A DNA stretch of 30,373 nucleotides, taken from the IMG/VR virus record IMGVR_UViG_3300042923_000170, positions 1 to 30,373 of that record; one strand, given 5' to 3'. Below the pieces are notes generated by a model that was not told the origin of the DNA, made no database searches, and saw only the letters and a list, made by a program, of their open reading frames with translations. A program made the position numbers and the translations under genes. Source of the stretch: a virus (lineage: Duplodnaviria > Caudoviricetes). This document shows positions 1 to 8,368 of this stretch, in pieces (positions within the stretch are counted from its first letter, which is position 1; every line of letters starts with the position of its first letter).

Positions 1-42
1 ATTTATTTTTTCTCTTAGTTTTAATAGCTTTTCGCTAATCAA
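1..42 (-). CDS. 5' end of CI-like HTH repressor (runs off the left edge)
   Basis: Minus strand reads GGAGGTGG-gatta-TTG ATT AGC GAA AAG CTA TTA AAA CTA AGA GAA (MISEKLLKLREKIN), a typical XRE HTH start, divergent from the cro-like gene. Only 14 codons visible. Confidence 0.7.
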   Translation of the reverse strand, partial: MISEKLLKLREKIN

Positions 43-72
43 TAATCCCACCTCCACATACAACCTAAAAGT

Positions 73-78
73 ATTATA
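73..78 (-). promoter_or_regulatory. -10 box (TATAAT) of leftward repressor promoter
   Basis: ATTATA at 73-78 reads TATAAT on the minus strand about 30 nt upstream of the repressor start. No good -35, as expected for a PRM-like promoter. Confidence 0.5.
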
Positions 79-410
79 ACTACACAAAACGCATCAAAAA
101 ACAGATGACACAATAAGAGTAAAAATTATGTTTGACATGACTCATTTCGTGTAGTATATTTGTGTCATGGAACTACACGAAACGCGTAATTGGAGGTGAG
201 AAATATGAGAGAATGGCTGATAAACATTAGAAAACTAAAGGGATTAACTCAGGAGCACGTTGCAAAAGAGTGTGGATTATCTCGCACATGTTATGCGGCT
301 TATGAGCAGGGAGTTCGTACTCCTAATGGAAAAAAGAGTAAGATAATCGGCGAGTATCTAGGGTTCAGTTGGACGCTTTTTTTTGAAGAAACCCTACGCG
401 AAACGAGTAG
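79..410. promoter_or_regulatory. Four repressor/Cro operator-like sites (79-96, 138-155, 172-189, 394-410)
   Basis: actacacaaaacgcatca; reverse complement of 138-155 = actacacgaaatgagtca; actacacgaaacgcgtaa; ctacgcgaaacgagtag. Pseudo-palindromic consensus CTACnCG-AAA-CGnGTAG. Confidence 0.75.
132..160 (+). promoter_or_regulatory. sigmaA early lytic promoter
   Basis: TTGACA (132-137), 17 bp spacer, TATATT (155-160), upstream of the cro-like gene; an operator fills the spacer. Confidence 0.85.
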
Positions 411-432
411 AACTAACAAAAAAAGCGCATAG
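205..432 (+). CDS. Cro-like XRE-family HTH regulator
   Basis: LINIRKLKGLTQEHVAKECGLSRTCYAAYEQGVRTP HTH; GGAGGTGA RBS before ATG 205. Confidence 0.9.
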   Translation: MREWLINIRKLKGLTQEHVAKECGLSRTCYAAYEQGVRTPNGKKSKIIGEYLGFSWTLFFEETLRETSRTNKKSA

Positions 433-502
433 CACTCGATGATGAACAATTTCTAAACATTCGACAGAAATTAAAAAATACCTTTAAAACTCAGGAGGAG
501 GA

Positions 503-1303
503 ATGAAATTGAATCTAATCACAATTCATGGTGTCCGAGGTTACATCGATGAAAGCGGCACAGCTCAACTGAATTTGGAAGACGTTTCGCGCGGATTAGG
601 ATTCACTCGCATTGCCACAAGTGGCAACGAGGTAATTAGGTGGGAGCGTGTTCGAGGATATTTGGAAGAGATGGGCGTGCCCATCCGTGGGCACGAACTA
701 ACTGGTAAGGACGGTCTGCCTGATTATGTCCAAGAAAGCTATTTTTACCTGCTTTCAATGAAAGCAAGTAATGATGCTGCTATTGCATTCCAAAGAACGG
801 TTGCATTCGACATTCTTCCATCAATAAGGAAAACCGGATCATTTAATGTTCAACAACAATTGCCTCAAACTTTCGGCGAAGCACTCAGAAGGCTGGCAGA
901 TAAAGTTGAAGAGAATGAAATACTTCAAACGCAAAATTTGATGCTTGAACAAAGAGTGAAGGAGTACGAACCAAAGATAAGTTACATCGATACAATCCTT
1001 AAATCAAAAGGAACCGTGACAATAACTCAAATAGCGAAGGACTACGGAATGTCCGGACCTCAACTAAATAAGATACTTCACGAAGAATGTGTTCAATATA
1101 AGCAGAACAAACAATGGTTGCTTTATCGAAAACACCAAGATGAAGGATACACAAAGTCAGAAACGATTGATATTACCAGAAGCAACGGCGATCCAGATGT
1201 CACTATGAACACGCGATGGACGCAAAAAGGAAGATTGTTCATCCATGAAATTCTTTCAAAACGTAGTATTGTCCCCTTCATGGACAGAAAGGAAGCTGCT
1301 TAA
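503..1303 (+). CDS. Phage antirepressor (Bro-N-like N-terminus plus ANT/KilA-C domain)
   Basis: ILPSIRKTGSF, LPQTFGEALR, VTITQIAKDYGMS and TRWTQKGRLFI motifs; AGGAGG RBS. Confidence 0.9.
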   Translation: MKLNLITIHGVRGYIDESGTAQLNLEDVSRGLGFTRIATSGNEVIRWERVRGYLEEMGVPIRGHELTGKDGLPDYVQESYFYLLSMKASNDAAIAFQRTVAFDILPSIRKTGSFNVQQQLPQTFGEALRRLADKVEENEILQTQNLMLEQRVKEYEPKISYIDTILKSKGTVTITQIAKDYGMSGPQLNKILHEECVQYKQNKQWLLYRKHQDEGYTKSETIDITRSNGDPDVTMNTRWTQKGRLFIHEILSKRSIVPFMDRKEAA

Positions 1304-1647
1304 TGGACTTCGCAAAGTTAACGGACAAGGAACTACAGGACATTATCTTAAAACATCATGAAATGGTTTGCGCCAACTCTACTTCAATATTGCAAGAAAA
1401 CTTAGACGAAGCATGGAATGCAGTTTTTGAAATTTCTAAGAGATCAAGGGTGACCATGGATGCGCAAAGCGAAAGAATAGCGGCATTAGAGGATAACATG
1501 GAGGACTTGATTATTACGGACGTTACCTATCGAGGCGCTTATAAATTCATCTACGAAAAAGGGTTGGAACGAGAGTTCGAAATATTCTTGTTGCGGAGCA
1601 CTGAGGAAGTTTTATCAAACGTTATTCCTTTTCCTACATCACATTAA
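1303..1647 (+). CDS. Hypothetical phage protein
   Basis: 114 aa ORF, translationally coupled (TAATG). Confidence 0.75.
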   Translation: MDFAKLTDKELQDIILKHHEMVCANSTSILQENLDEAWNAVFEISKRSRVTMDAQSERIAALEDNMEDLIITDVTYRGAYKFIYEKGLEREFEIFLLRSTEEVLSNVIPFPTSH

Positions 1648-1659
1648 GGAGGCCACACC

Positions 1660-1866
1660 ATGAACCAATTCGAAGCATTCCCACTTTACCTAAAGATAGA
1701 AGACGTAATGGACGCTACGCAGTATTCACGCTCTGTAGTGTACAGGTTGGTTAAAGAAGCCGGGACTCAGCCGGGAATCGTTATACGGCGCGGACAGAAG
1801 GGTATACGCATCCACCGAGACAACTTCTTCGCCTGGTACATGAACCGTGAAGGTATCAGCGCATGA
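1660..1866 (+). CDS. Excisionase-like winged HTH DNA-binding protein
   Basis: FPLYLKIEDVMDATQYSRSVVYRL...GIRIHRDNFFAW resembles Xis/HTH_17; AGGAGG RBS. Confidence 0.7.
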   Translation: MNQFEAFPLYLKIEDVMDATQYSRSVVYRLVKEAGTQPGIVIRRGQKGIRIHRDNFFAWYMNREGISA

Positions 1867-2132
1867 GGATAGAAACCGCGCACAACCTATTCCGGATCCA
1901 TAACCTTAAAACGTTCGAACGTGAAGTAAAGATCGAAGGCGACTTACAGATTGTGCAAATCACAAAGCTAGTAGTCAGCGATATACCGGATGTCATAGAA
2001 GACTTAATGGAACTGGAGGTATGGAGAAGTGGCAAAGTCCCTGAAAGATATCTTAAAGAAACCTCTCGATTTCCCGTTCGCTTACATCAATCCGGACATA
2101 CAGCAATGCCCATGCGGACAATACCTGATTAA
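1863..2132 (+). CDS. Hypothetical protein
   Basis: ATGA-coupled ORF; 3' end overlaps the next ORF by about 100 nt. Confidence 0.55.
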   Translation: MRIETAHNLFRIHNLKTFEREVKIEGDLQIVQITKLVVSDIPDVIEDLMELEVWRSGKVPERYLKETSRFPVRLHQSGHTAMPMRTIPD

Positions 2133-2304
2133 AGGCGAGCATGAATGCATAGAGTCTGCGGTTACTGGTCAACGTTATTGCGACATCGTATGCATGGTTC
2201 GCGGTACTGGAGCTAAGTGGATCGGATGCACAGTAGTAGACGAATACGGAGATTACTACACGGAGAAAAAATACTTAGAAGTGATGGAGGTTATCGCATG
2301 TTGA
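2029..2304 (+). CDS. Hypothetical Cys-rich (Zn-binding?) protein
   Basis: GGAGG RBS; CPCG...CDIVC motifs. Confidence 0.65.
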   Translation: MAKSLKDILKKPLDFPFAYINPDIQQCPCGQYLIKGEHECIESAVTGQRYCDIVCMVRGTGAKWIGCTVVDEYGDYYTEKKYLEVMEVIAC

Positions 2305-2363
2305 AACCTAAGAAACGTCCGATCAAACAAACATTCTACTTTCCACCGGGAGGTGCTGCATAA
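2298..2363 (+). CDS. 21 aa micro-ORF MLKPKKRPIKQTFYFPPGGAA
   Basis: GGAGG RBS at 2286; fills the gap between neighbours exactly; below ORF-track cutoff. Confidence 0.5.
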   Translation: MLKPKKRPIKQTFYFPPGGAA

Positions 2364-2675
2364 ATGGAAAAGGTGAAGATTACCAAGGAGCAAGCAAAAG
2401 CGATTGAATATCAACTTAACGTGGATTCTAAATCGAACCTTGTATGGTCTCGACTTGATCCACATGTCACGTTTTATTCTGAGTGTTCTGTTCTCAACAA
2501 AATGGATCCTGACCTACTCATTGAGGCGTTGTACATCGGATATGAGGTTGAACAGACACCGAAAGAAAAGGTGAGGGAGTTTTATTACAAGAATAGTGCA
2601 TTCCCGGAAATCGCACATGTCATAAGGGAGACGGTAAATATGCTCGGTCACAAAATTGAGGGAGTGAACGACTAA
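2364..2675 (+). CDS. Hypothetical phage protein
   Basis: GGAGGTG RBS; LIEALYIGYEVEQTP motif of a kind common in Bacilli phage small proteins. Confidence 0.8.
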   Translation: MEKVKITKEQAKAIEYQLNVDSKSNLVWSRLDPHVTFYSECSVLNKMDPDLLIEALYIGYEVEQTPKEKVREFYYKNSAFPEIAHVIRETVNMLGHKIEGVND

Positions 2676-2902
2676 TGCAAAACCTACAAAAAGTAATGGA
2701 AGCCATCGCAAGAACGAAAATGAAGCCGCATAACCCACACACCGCCTTTGCTGAACTACTTGAGGTAATTGGCGAGCATGGTGACCAAGCCCTTCTAGAG
2801 TACGACGAAGCCGTTCAACACGAGCAGGAATACATCATCCTCGAATCAGAGAACTTGGACTTGAAACGTCAGATTCGATTGATGGGTAGGGTGGCTTCAT
2901 GA
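2675..2902 (+). CDS. Hypothetical protein
   Basis: Coupled ORF with GGAG RBS. Confidence 0.7.
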   Translation: MQNLQKVMEAIARTKMKPHNPHTAFAELLEVIGEHGDQALLEYDEAVQHEQEYIILESENLDLKRQIRLMGRVAS

Positions 2903-3156
2903 GATACGATCCCAATAACCGCAAGATATTTAACGAAGATGACTTTAACGATGTCGTAGCAGAAGTAAAGATATACGTCAGCTCATTCACTGACAACTGG
3001 ATAGAGGAAAAAGGAACCGTACCGGATCTGGATGACTTTATCGAGACTAACCCACTTTGGGACAGATGGATGCTGTATGACGCGATTAACGAGGAGATTA
3101 AGCGAGTATCACAGATTATAGAGAGGGAGAAGAAAAATGCTCCGCTTATGGGATAA
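2899..3156 (+). CDS. Hypothetical acidic protein
   Basis: ATGA-coupled ORF, 85 aa. Confidence 0.7.
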   Translation: MRYDPNNRKIFNEDDFNDVVAEVKIYVSSFTDNWIEEKGTVPDLDDFIETNPLWDRWMLYDAINEEIKRVSQIIEREKKNAPLMG

Positions 3157-3274
3157 GGAATTATGCCGGGAATTTGGACGAATGTCGAAGAGTCGGAAGT
3201 CTATGGTCTACTACGTTAATAAATACAAATTATTAGTAAGAAAAGAGAGGGCTTCTACGGCCTCGCAAGCTTAG
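3137..3274 (+). CDS. 45 aa hypothetical basic protein
   Basis: GAGGGAG RBS; MLRLWDKELCREFGRMSK...ASQA; stop lies inside repeat copy A. Confidence 0.45.
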   Translation: MLRLWDKELCREFGRMSKSRKSMVYYVNKYKLLVRKERASTASQA

Positions 3275-3295
3275 CGTATTCGGTCGAGACGATGC
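3256..3295 (-). repeat. Dispersed junction element copy A (inverted orientation)
   Basis: Reverse complement gCATCG-tct-CGACCGAAT-acgctaagcttgcg-AGGCCGTA. Confidence 0.85.
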
Positions 3296-3322
3296 AAATC
3301 TAATTCAAAGGAGAGATAAAGA

Positions 3323-3562
3323 ATGCAAAAAATGTGGGAAATCATTAAAGCGATCGAGGATGTAGGAATTAAGGTAAATCGAGCATATTGGTCGGATGAT
3401 GAAAACTTGGAAGTTGATGTTGACCCTAGTTGCGAAGATCAGGCCGCCGATGCAGTTAAAGCAATGTGGCATAACATCCAAGGGGAAAGGTTGGACTCTC
3501 TTGGATTAATTGAACAAGAAATCGAACCGACCGAACAATCACAACCCCAATCAGATCAATAA
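3323..3562 (+). CDS. Hypothetical acidic protein bracketed by inverted junction elements
   Basis: AAAGGAGA RBS, 79 aa. Confidence 0.75.
   Translation: MQKMWEIIKAIEDVGIKVNRAYWSDDENLEVDVDPSCEDQAADAVKAMWHNIQGERLDSLGLIEQEIEPTEQSQPQSDQ
3521..3536 (+). repeat. Dispersed junction element copy B (core only)
   Basis: ATCG-aac-CGACCGAAC; no downstream ARGCCG. Confidence 0.6.
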
Positions 3563-3575
3563 GGAGATGAGAGAT

Positions 3576-3974
3576 ATGTTAACGGAAATTCGCAAAGCAC
3601 TTGATAATGCTTCAACACAGCACGAATGGGATACAGATGGAACTTTCATTGAATGGAAAGATGGTCATCCGTTGCGTGGGACACACAGAAGGATCGCGAT
3701 TACGGATGCGCGTGTTGCTGAATCTTTCAAAAATGAGAACCGTGAAAACGATGCTCACTTGATTGTAAATACCCCTAAATATCTTGAGTGGTGCTTATCA
3801 GAGATAACCGCACTCCAACAACAGAATAAACAACTGATAGAGGCGTTGGTAATTGTCAGAGATACGCTAGCGTGTAAAAAACACGACGATCGCACTTCTC
3901 ATGGACTATGGCAAGTAGCTGATAAAGCAATCCAAGGAGGCACACCAGATGGAACAAGTAACAATAATGCCTGA
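3576..3974 (+). CDS. Ead/Ea22-like hypothetical phage protein
   Basis: AAGGAG RBS; ASTQHEW...DAHLIVNTPKYLEWCLSEITAL pattern. Confidence 0.65.
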   Translation: MLTEIRKALDNASTQHEWDTDGTFIEWKDGHPLRGTHRRIAITDARVAESFKNENRENDAHLIVNTPKYLEWCLSEITALQQQNKQLIEALVIVRDTLACKKHDDRTSHGLWQVADKAIQGGTPDGTSNNNA

Positions 3975-4110
3975 TAACCCACGAATGAGCTTACGTGAGC
4001 ACAAGGAACTCATCAATCAGGTACTTGGACATGAAAAAGGAATCTGCGCTAACAGATCCCCAAGAAACGATATGATACCTAATTTCAGTATAAACGATTT
4101 GCCGTGGTAA
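3949..4110 (+). CDS. 53 aa hypothetical protein ending NDLPW
   Basis: AAGGAGG RBS; below ORF-track cutoff. Confidence 0.6.
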   Translation: MEQVTIMPDNPRMSLREHKELINQVLGHEKGICANRSPRNDMIPNFSINDLPW

Positions 4111-4367
4111 GTGAATCGAAAGTCCGGCATGTGCTGAAACACCACAACGGACGCTATCTCTCATGGGATTCGAAGAACTTTCCACTTACTCACCTGATCA
4201 GCGAGGCTAGGCAATTCTACCAACCTGAACAGATCCCGGAATTCTTACTTAATAGCTATTACAGACCTGAAATATACGATTTAGATTCATCGGATTTCGA
4301 AGTTGTAGAGGTTGAAATTTCATATAGGGAGTTGGAGTCAAATGAACCTATATCAGAAGATCGTTGA
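4104..4367 (+). CDS. Hypothetical protein
   Basis: Overlap-coupled 87 aa ORF. Confidence 0.6.
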   Translation: MVSESKVRHVLKHHNGRYLSWDSKNFPLTHLISEARQFYQPEQIPEFLLNSYYRPEIYDLDSSDFEVVEVEISYRELESNEPISEDR

Positions 4368-5088
4368 GGTTCGAAAGGTCGCCGAAGGATTCACGAAAGA
4401 CGGAGCCAGCTACAGTTACACCTACGTTACTGGTAACCAAGTACTCGGAAAGATCAAAGACAAGATGAACGAATTGAACTTACTTTTATTCCCTTCAACC
4501 AAGATCGGAGAGCATCACACGCATGCATATAAAACAGCTAAAGGTAAAGACGTTCTGGATTTTGTGGTCAAAGGTGAAATGTCCTACACATGGATTAACG
4601 GGGATGAACCTTCGGAAAGGGAGGTTGTCTCATGGGCTTATTACGGTCAACAGGACGACATATCGAAGGCATTTGGTTCTGCTTTAACGTATTCGGAAAG
4701 GTACTTCCTCTTGAAATGCTTGGGACTTCCTACGGATGAAGATGATCCGGACGCTAAACAAGATAAACCGCAGCACAATTCACAACAGTCCCAAACGCCT
4801 CCTAAGGCGACACAACAACCATCCCAGACAAATACACAATCTAGTCAATACAACGCTTCCCAGAGCCAACAGGGAGCCGTGGTCATGGTAAGCGAGGGAC
4901 AGATTAAGTTTATCGGTTCCTTGAAGACGCAGAAGAAGGTTCCGGATGACGATTACCGCCAAATGATTGCACCTAAGACAAGCACCAAAGACCTCACAAT
5001 GGCAGAAGCCAAGAAGCTTATAAATACCTTGCAAGACTATACCCCACAACCAGTCACAACGATCGCTGACGACGATCTCCCATTCTGA
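4342..5088 (+). CDS. ERF-family single-strand annealing recombinase
   Basis: MNLYQKIVEVRK...KAFGSALTYSERYFLLKCLGLPTDEDDPD ERF signature; Q/S linker; C-terminal DDDLPF. Confidence 0.9.
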   Translation: MNLYQKIVEVRKVAEGFTKDGASYSYTYVTGNQVLGKIKDKMNELNLLLFPSTKIGEHHTHAYKTAKGKDVLDFVVKGEMSYTWINGDEPSEREVVSWAYYGQQDDISKAFGSALTYSERYFLLKCLGLPTDEDDPDAKQDKPQHNSQQSQTPPKATQQPSQTNTQSSQYNASQSQQGAVVMVSEGQIKFIGSLKTQKKVPDDDYRQMIAPKTSTKDLTMAEAKKLINTLQDYTPQPVTTIADDDLPF

Positions 5089-5426
5089 TGATCGACTATA
5101 CCAAAAGCCCGGGCGTAGCCGTGCAAAAGCCAGCTTTTAAGCGCTCTAACAAACCCACACAGAAGCAGATGGGAAGCATCAGTCAGAAAGTACGCAAGCA
5201 AGTCCGCGAGAGAAGTCAGGGGATCTGTGAGATCAGAGTAAAGTGTCACGGCTCCCCTGCCGTTGAGCAAGCACATTTAACCACTAGAGGGACTATCAAA
5301 CATAGGACTACCGCAGAAGACCTTCTCCACTCTTGCGTAACTTGTCACATTTGGATGGATCGAACGGTGGATGGCATTAGGTTCAAGAAAAAAAGAGTCG
5401 AGGAGTTGTCTAGTCGTGCAATGTAG
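5088..5426 (+). CDS. Small HNH-like Zn-binding nuclease
   Basis: VRERSQGICEIRVKC...QAHL...LLHSCVTCHIW. Confidence 0.7.
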   Translation: MIDYTKSPGVAVQKPAFKRSNKPTQKQMGSISQKVRKQVRERSQGICEIRVKCHGSPAVEQAHLTTRGTIKHRTTAEDLLHSCVTCHIWMDRTVDGIRFKKKRVEELSSRAM

Positions 5427-5967
5427 CGTATTTAACTGCGATAGCCAGGTTCATAAAAGAAAAACCGTTTGCGAGAAGCACTACATGAGATTTCGTAGAA
5501 ACGGCAACTACTACACGAAGAAGACTACGACTAGGCCAATTAATTTTAATGTTGATGATAATGGTTGTTTTGTTGTCATTTCGCACGCACCGTATTCATC
5601 TGGATACGTGATGATCGGAAGTCGTGGGGGGAGAACGGCCGCTCACCGACTGATATACGAGGAATGTTTTGGTGAAATACCAGATGGACTTGTTGTTAGG
5701 CATAAATGTGATGTAAGAAATTGTATAAATCCGGAGCATTTAGAACTAGGCACACAGCGCGACAATGTATTGGATGCAGTAAAAAGAAACAGGTTGCTGC
5801 AAGGCGAACGTCATGGTTGGAGCAAGATTAACGAAAACACAGTGAGAAATATCAAGTTAATGGTGGCAGAAGGCAAAAGAAATATTGAAATAGCCGCAGA
5901 GTTAAATCTGCACAAGAGCACAGTCTGTAACGTTAAACGTGGCGCGACTTGGAAGCATGTTAACTAA
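5416..5967 (+). CDS. HNH homing endonuclease (N-terminal Zn finger, C-terminal HTH)
   Basis: AHRLIYE...VVRHKCDVRNCINPEHLELGTQRDN; GTG start 5416 after AGGAG. Confidence 0.9.
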   Translation: MQCSVFNCDSQVHKRKTVCEKHYMRFRRNGNYYTKKTTTRPINFNVDDNGCFVVISHAPYSSGYVMIGSRGGRTAAHRLIYEECFGEIPDGLVVRHKCDVRNCINPEHLELGTQRDNVLDAVKRNRLLQGERHGWSKINENTVRNIKLMVAEGKRNIEIAAELNLHKSTVCNVKRGATWKHVN

Positions 5968-6057
5968 GTAAGGCTTGTCACATCTATCTGGATACGACTG
6001 GTGAAGGTGTACGATTTAAAAAATCATTGCGCGAGGGCGCATAGGGAGAGATTAAAA

Positions 6058-6552
6058 ATGAATTTACTAAAAATTGAAAACGAATTGATTCAACTTAACG
6101 AAACTCGTAAAGAAGCCATTAAAGCGCATGAGGATTTCATGAAACAAAACACAAAAGAGATAGCGGAATTGAGTCGCAAGAAAGGTATGGCAATGAAAGG
6201 TATCGACTTAGGGATGATCAGGCAAGCAGAGGCATTGGTCTATATTCGCGGTTTGGAGTATGGGGAATATAACGGTCGATGCATTGATGAAGCAATTAAA
6301 GACATCGCCTTGGATACGCCGAAATTGTCACAACAATATTTTGGAGTGAAAAACTATGATCGGTGGAGCCATCAAGAATGTGATTGCAGTTACGGAATGG
6401 GGCCTTCACACGGTTCGATAGTATTTGCGGTAGGTCTGAGAAATCCTAGCAAAAAGTTATCAGAGGGGCAAAAGGAAAGTTGCTTATATTACCTCACCCT
6501 ACTTAAAGACAAGGAAATGCGCGAATCAATGGTCATTAAAAAAGCGAACTAA
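6058..6552 (+). CDS. Hypothetical phage protein
   Basis: GGGAGAG RBS; N-terminal coiled coil; YGMGPSHGSIVF motif. Confidence 0.8.
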   Translation: MNLLKIENELIQLNETRKEAIKAHEDFMKQNTKEIAELSRKKGMAMKGIDLGMIRQAEALVYIRGLEYGEYNGRCIDEAIKDIALDTPKLSQQYFGVKNYDRWSHQECDCSYGMGPSHGSIVFAVGLRNPSKKLSEGQKESCLYYLTLLKDKEMRESMVIKKAN

Positions 6553-6558
6553 GATTTT

Positions 6559-6608
6559 GCGCATAGCGCCCTCGTCCCGACCGAATCCGCTTAACAAAGT
6601 GTAGGCCG
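6559..6608 (+). repeat. Dispersed junction element copy C
   Basis: GCGC-ATA-GCGC-CCTCG-tcc-CGACCGAAT-ccgcttaacaaagtgt-AGGCCG. Confidence 0.85.
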
Positions 6609-6636
6609 ATAAATAGCCCCTAAGGAGACTAATAAG

Positions 6637-7176
6637 ATGTCAGATAAACGATTGATAGATGGAGCAACAGTCCATTATTTGAAATGTTGGCCGGAATACT
6701 TCCAAGCAGTTAAGTCGGGAGCGAAGCCGTTCGAGATCCGTGAAAATGATCGAGATTACAAAGTCGGTGATGTATTGATCCTCAAGGAATGGCACATGGG
6801 GATGCAAAAGTATACGGGCGACGAGGAAGAGCGAACTATTTCTTACATGACAACCTATAACCAGAAGTCAGGGTATGTTGTTCTCGGACTCTCCAATCAG
6901 GGAGAAGCAGCAAGACAGCGGGATGTTCTGGAACGAATTGAAGGTCTTGAACTAAACGATAGCGACACGTACAAGACTCTGGTTAAACACATCGTCAAGC
7001 AAGCCCTCTCCTTCCATACAGAGGATACAGGGATACAGAAGGTACGGGAGTTGTGGGACGAAATGAAGCGGCAAGATGGCTTCTACGGTATGCGAGCGCT
7101 AAAAGGATCGTTGATAGCCCTCGGCATCACCATTCCAGGCATTACAGATGGAGGGGATAACAATGCGGAGACTTAA
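6637..7176 (+). CDS. ASCH/DUF3850-domain protein
   Basis: HYLKCWPEYFQAVKSGAKPFEIRENDRDYKVGDVLILKEW. Confidence 0.9.
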   Translation: MSDKRLIDGATVHYLKCWPEYFQAVKSGAKPFEIRENDRDYKVGDVLILKEWHMGMQKYTGDEEERTISYMTTYNQKSGYVVLGLSNQGEAARQRDVLERIEGLELNDSDTYKTLVKHIVKQALSFHTEDTGIQKVRELWDEMKRQDGFYGMRALKGSLIALGITIPGITDGGDNNAET

Positions 7177-7444
7177 ATTCGAAATGTGGAAACATCGCGA
7201 TGGCGGCGTAATGACCCGGTTCACGGACGGAAGAGGAATCTATACCGATTCTTGGTGGAGCAGCCCTCCGTCATCGATTAACCACGTCGGACCGGAATAT
7301 CTGCTTAATCGTCATCCGAACGTGCGCAACGATCGACACGTGGATTTCATCAAACGCTGCTTCAAGGAAGAAGTAGTCAATTTCAAGGAGCAGACAAGCG
7401 AGGGTTATAGTCGGCTTAAGTCTGCGGGAGGTCCCATCAGATGA
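7163..7444 (+). CDS. Hypothetical protein
   Basis: GGAGGGG RBS before ATG 7163. Confidence 0.7.
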   Translation: MRRLKFEMWKHRDGGVMTRFTDGRGIYTDSWWSSPPSSINHVGPEYLLNRHPNVRNDRHVDFIKRCFKEEVVNFKEQTSEGYSRLKSAGGPIR

Positions 7445-8118
7445 GTGATACCCAACATAAAGGAGCAATAGCAAGAGTATCGTTACCAGGTATGAGGGAG
7501 TTGATAAACGTCATGACGCAACCTAAAGAGCAGTTGATAGATATTGCCGAGATAGAGAAGGCGTTGGAAGCAGTTACGCCGGGAGAGTGGGAGGTAGTAG
7601 ATCTCGATCCCGTTCAAATTGCCATAGGCTACAAGTTCCAAGACGGAATTCATACAGCAAAATGGATAGCTGAAATCGATAGCGACCAGGACAACGGGCA
7701 TCAACACGCAGACGCATGGCTTATCGCCAACGCTCCCAAATGGCTCCGCGCCCTACTGGAAGAGAACAAACGGTTGAAAAGAGATAAAGCAGAAACAATG
7801 CGTCTTGTCATACAGCGAGACAAGGAACATGCGATCCAACTCCAACAGACAAGGGAAGAACTGGAACGATACCAGGGCATGTATCAGCGCACAGAGGATC
7901 AACTAGGTAGCGAGATAAAAACGTCCGCATACCTCCGTACTGAACTATCCGCAAAGGATAAGGTGCTGGAATGGTACGGAAACAAATCGAATTGGGAACC
8001 ATGGGGTCCGGATCGCAATGTATGGATGGACAAGGACAAAGGAGAACAAGCCCGTACCATCCTCCAGCAATACACCAATAGGACGGATAAAGGAGAGGGT
8101 ACCGATGCTCCAAAATAA
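7441..8118 (+). CDS. Ead/Ea22-like coiled-coil phage protein
   Basis: ALEAVTPGEW...DAWLIANAPKWLRALLEENKRL; similar to 3576-3974. Confidence 0.7.
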   Translation: MSDTQHKGAIARVSLPGMRELINVMTQPKEQLIDIAEIEKALEAVTPGEWEVVDLDPVQIAIGYKFQDGIHTAKWIAEIDSDQDNGHQHADAWLIANAPKWLRALLEENKRLKRDKAETMRLVIQRDKEHAIQLQQTREELERYQGMYQRTEDQLGSEIKTSAYLRTELSAKDKVLEWYGNKSNWEPWGPDRNVWMDKDKGEQARTILQQYTNRTDKGEGTDAPK

Positions 8119-8212
8119 CGCAGTATACGGATTCGCCTTCTCTCTATCCATCTACTTAATCTTATATCTAGCTTATGAGGGATTAGTAGAGATAGTGAGG
8201 TGGGTGGGATGA
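8105..8212 (+). CDS. 35 aa membrane peptide
   Basis: GGAGAGG RBS; hydrophobic AVYGFAFSLSIYLILYLAY. Confidence 0.6.
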   Translation: MLQNNAVYGFAFSLSIYLILYLAYEGLVEIVRWVG

Positions 8213-8331
8213 AAGAGATAAACGAGACCGGAGAAATTCAATACTATAGGCCAAGAAAGAAACTATGGATAGCATTTCTACTCTTGGATGCTGCGCTCAT
8301 CGCCTTGATCGTTTCAATGATTAAAAACTAG
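8209..8331 (+). CDS. 40 aa membrane peptide
   Basis: GAGGTG RBS, ATGA coupling; KKLWIAFLLLDAALIALIVSMIKN. Confidence 0.6.
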   Translation: MKEINETGEIQYYRPRKKLWIAFLLLDAALIALIVSMIKN

Positions 8332-8339
8332 TCGGACAT

Positions 8340-8368
8340 AAAAAAGAGAGGGTTCATTTGCCCTCTCT
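8340..8368 (-). terminator. Rho-independent terminator of the RHH gene (possibly bidirectional)
   Basis: AGAGAGGG/CCCTCTCT stem preceded by an A6 tract (U-tract on minus strand). Confidence 0.7.

Noticed and set aside
425-445. GCGCATAGCACTCG at the end of cro as an eighth junction element
   Set aside because: Matches only part of the left arm and lacks CGACCG; too degenerate to count.
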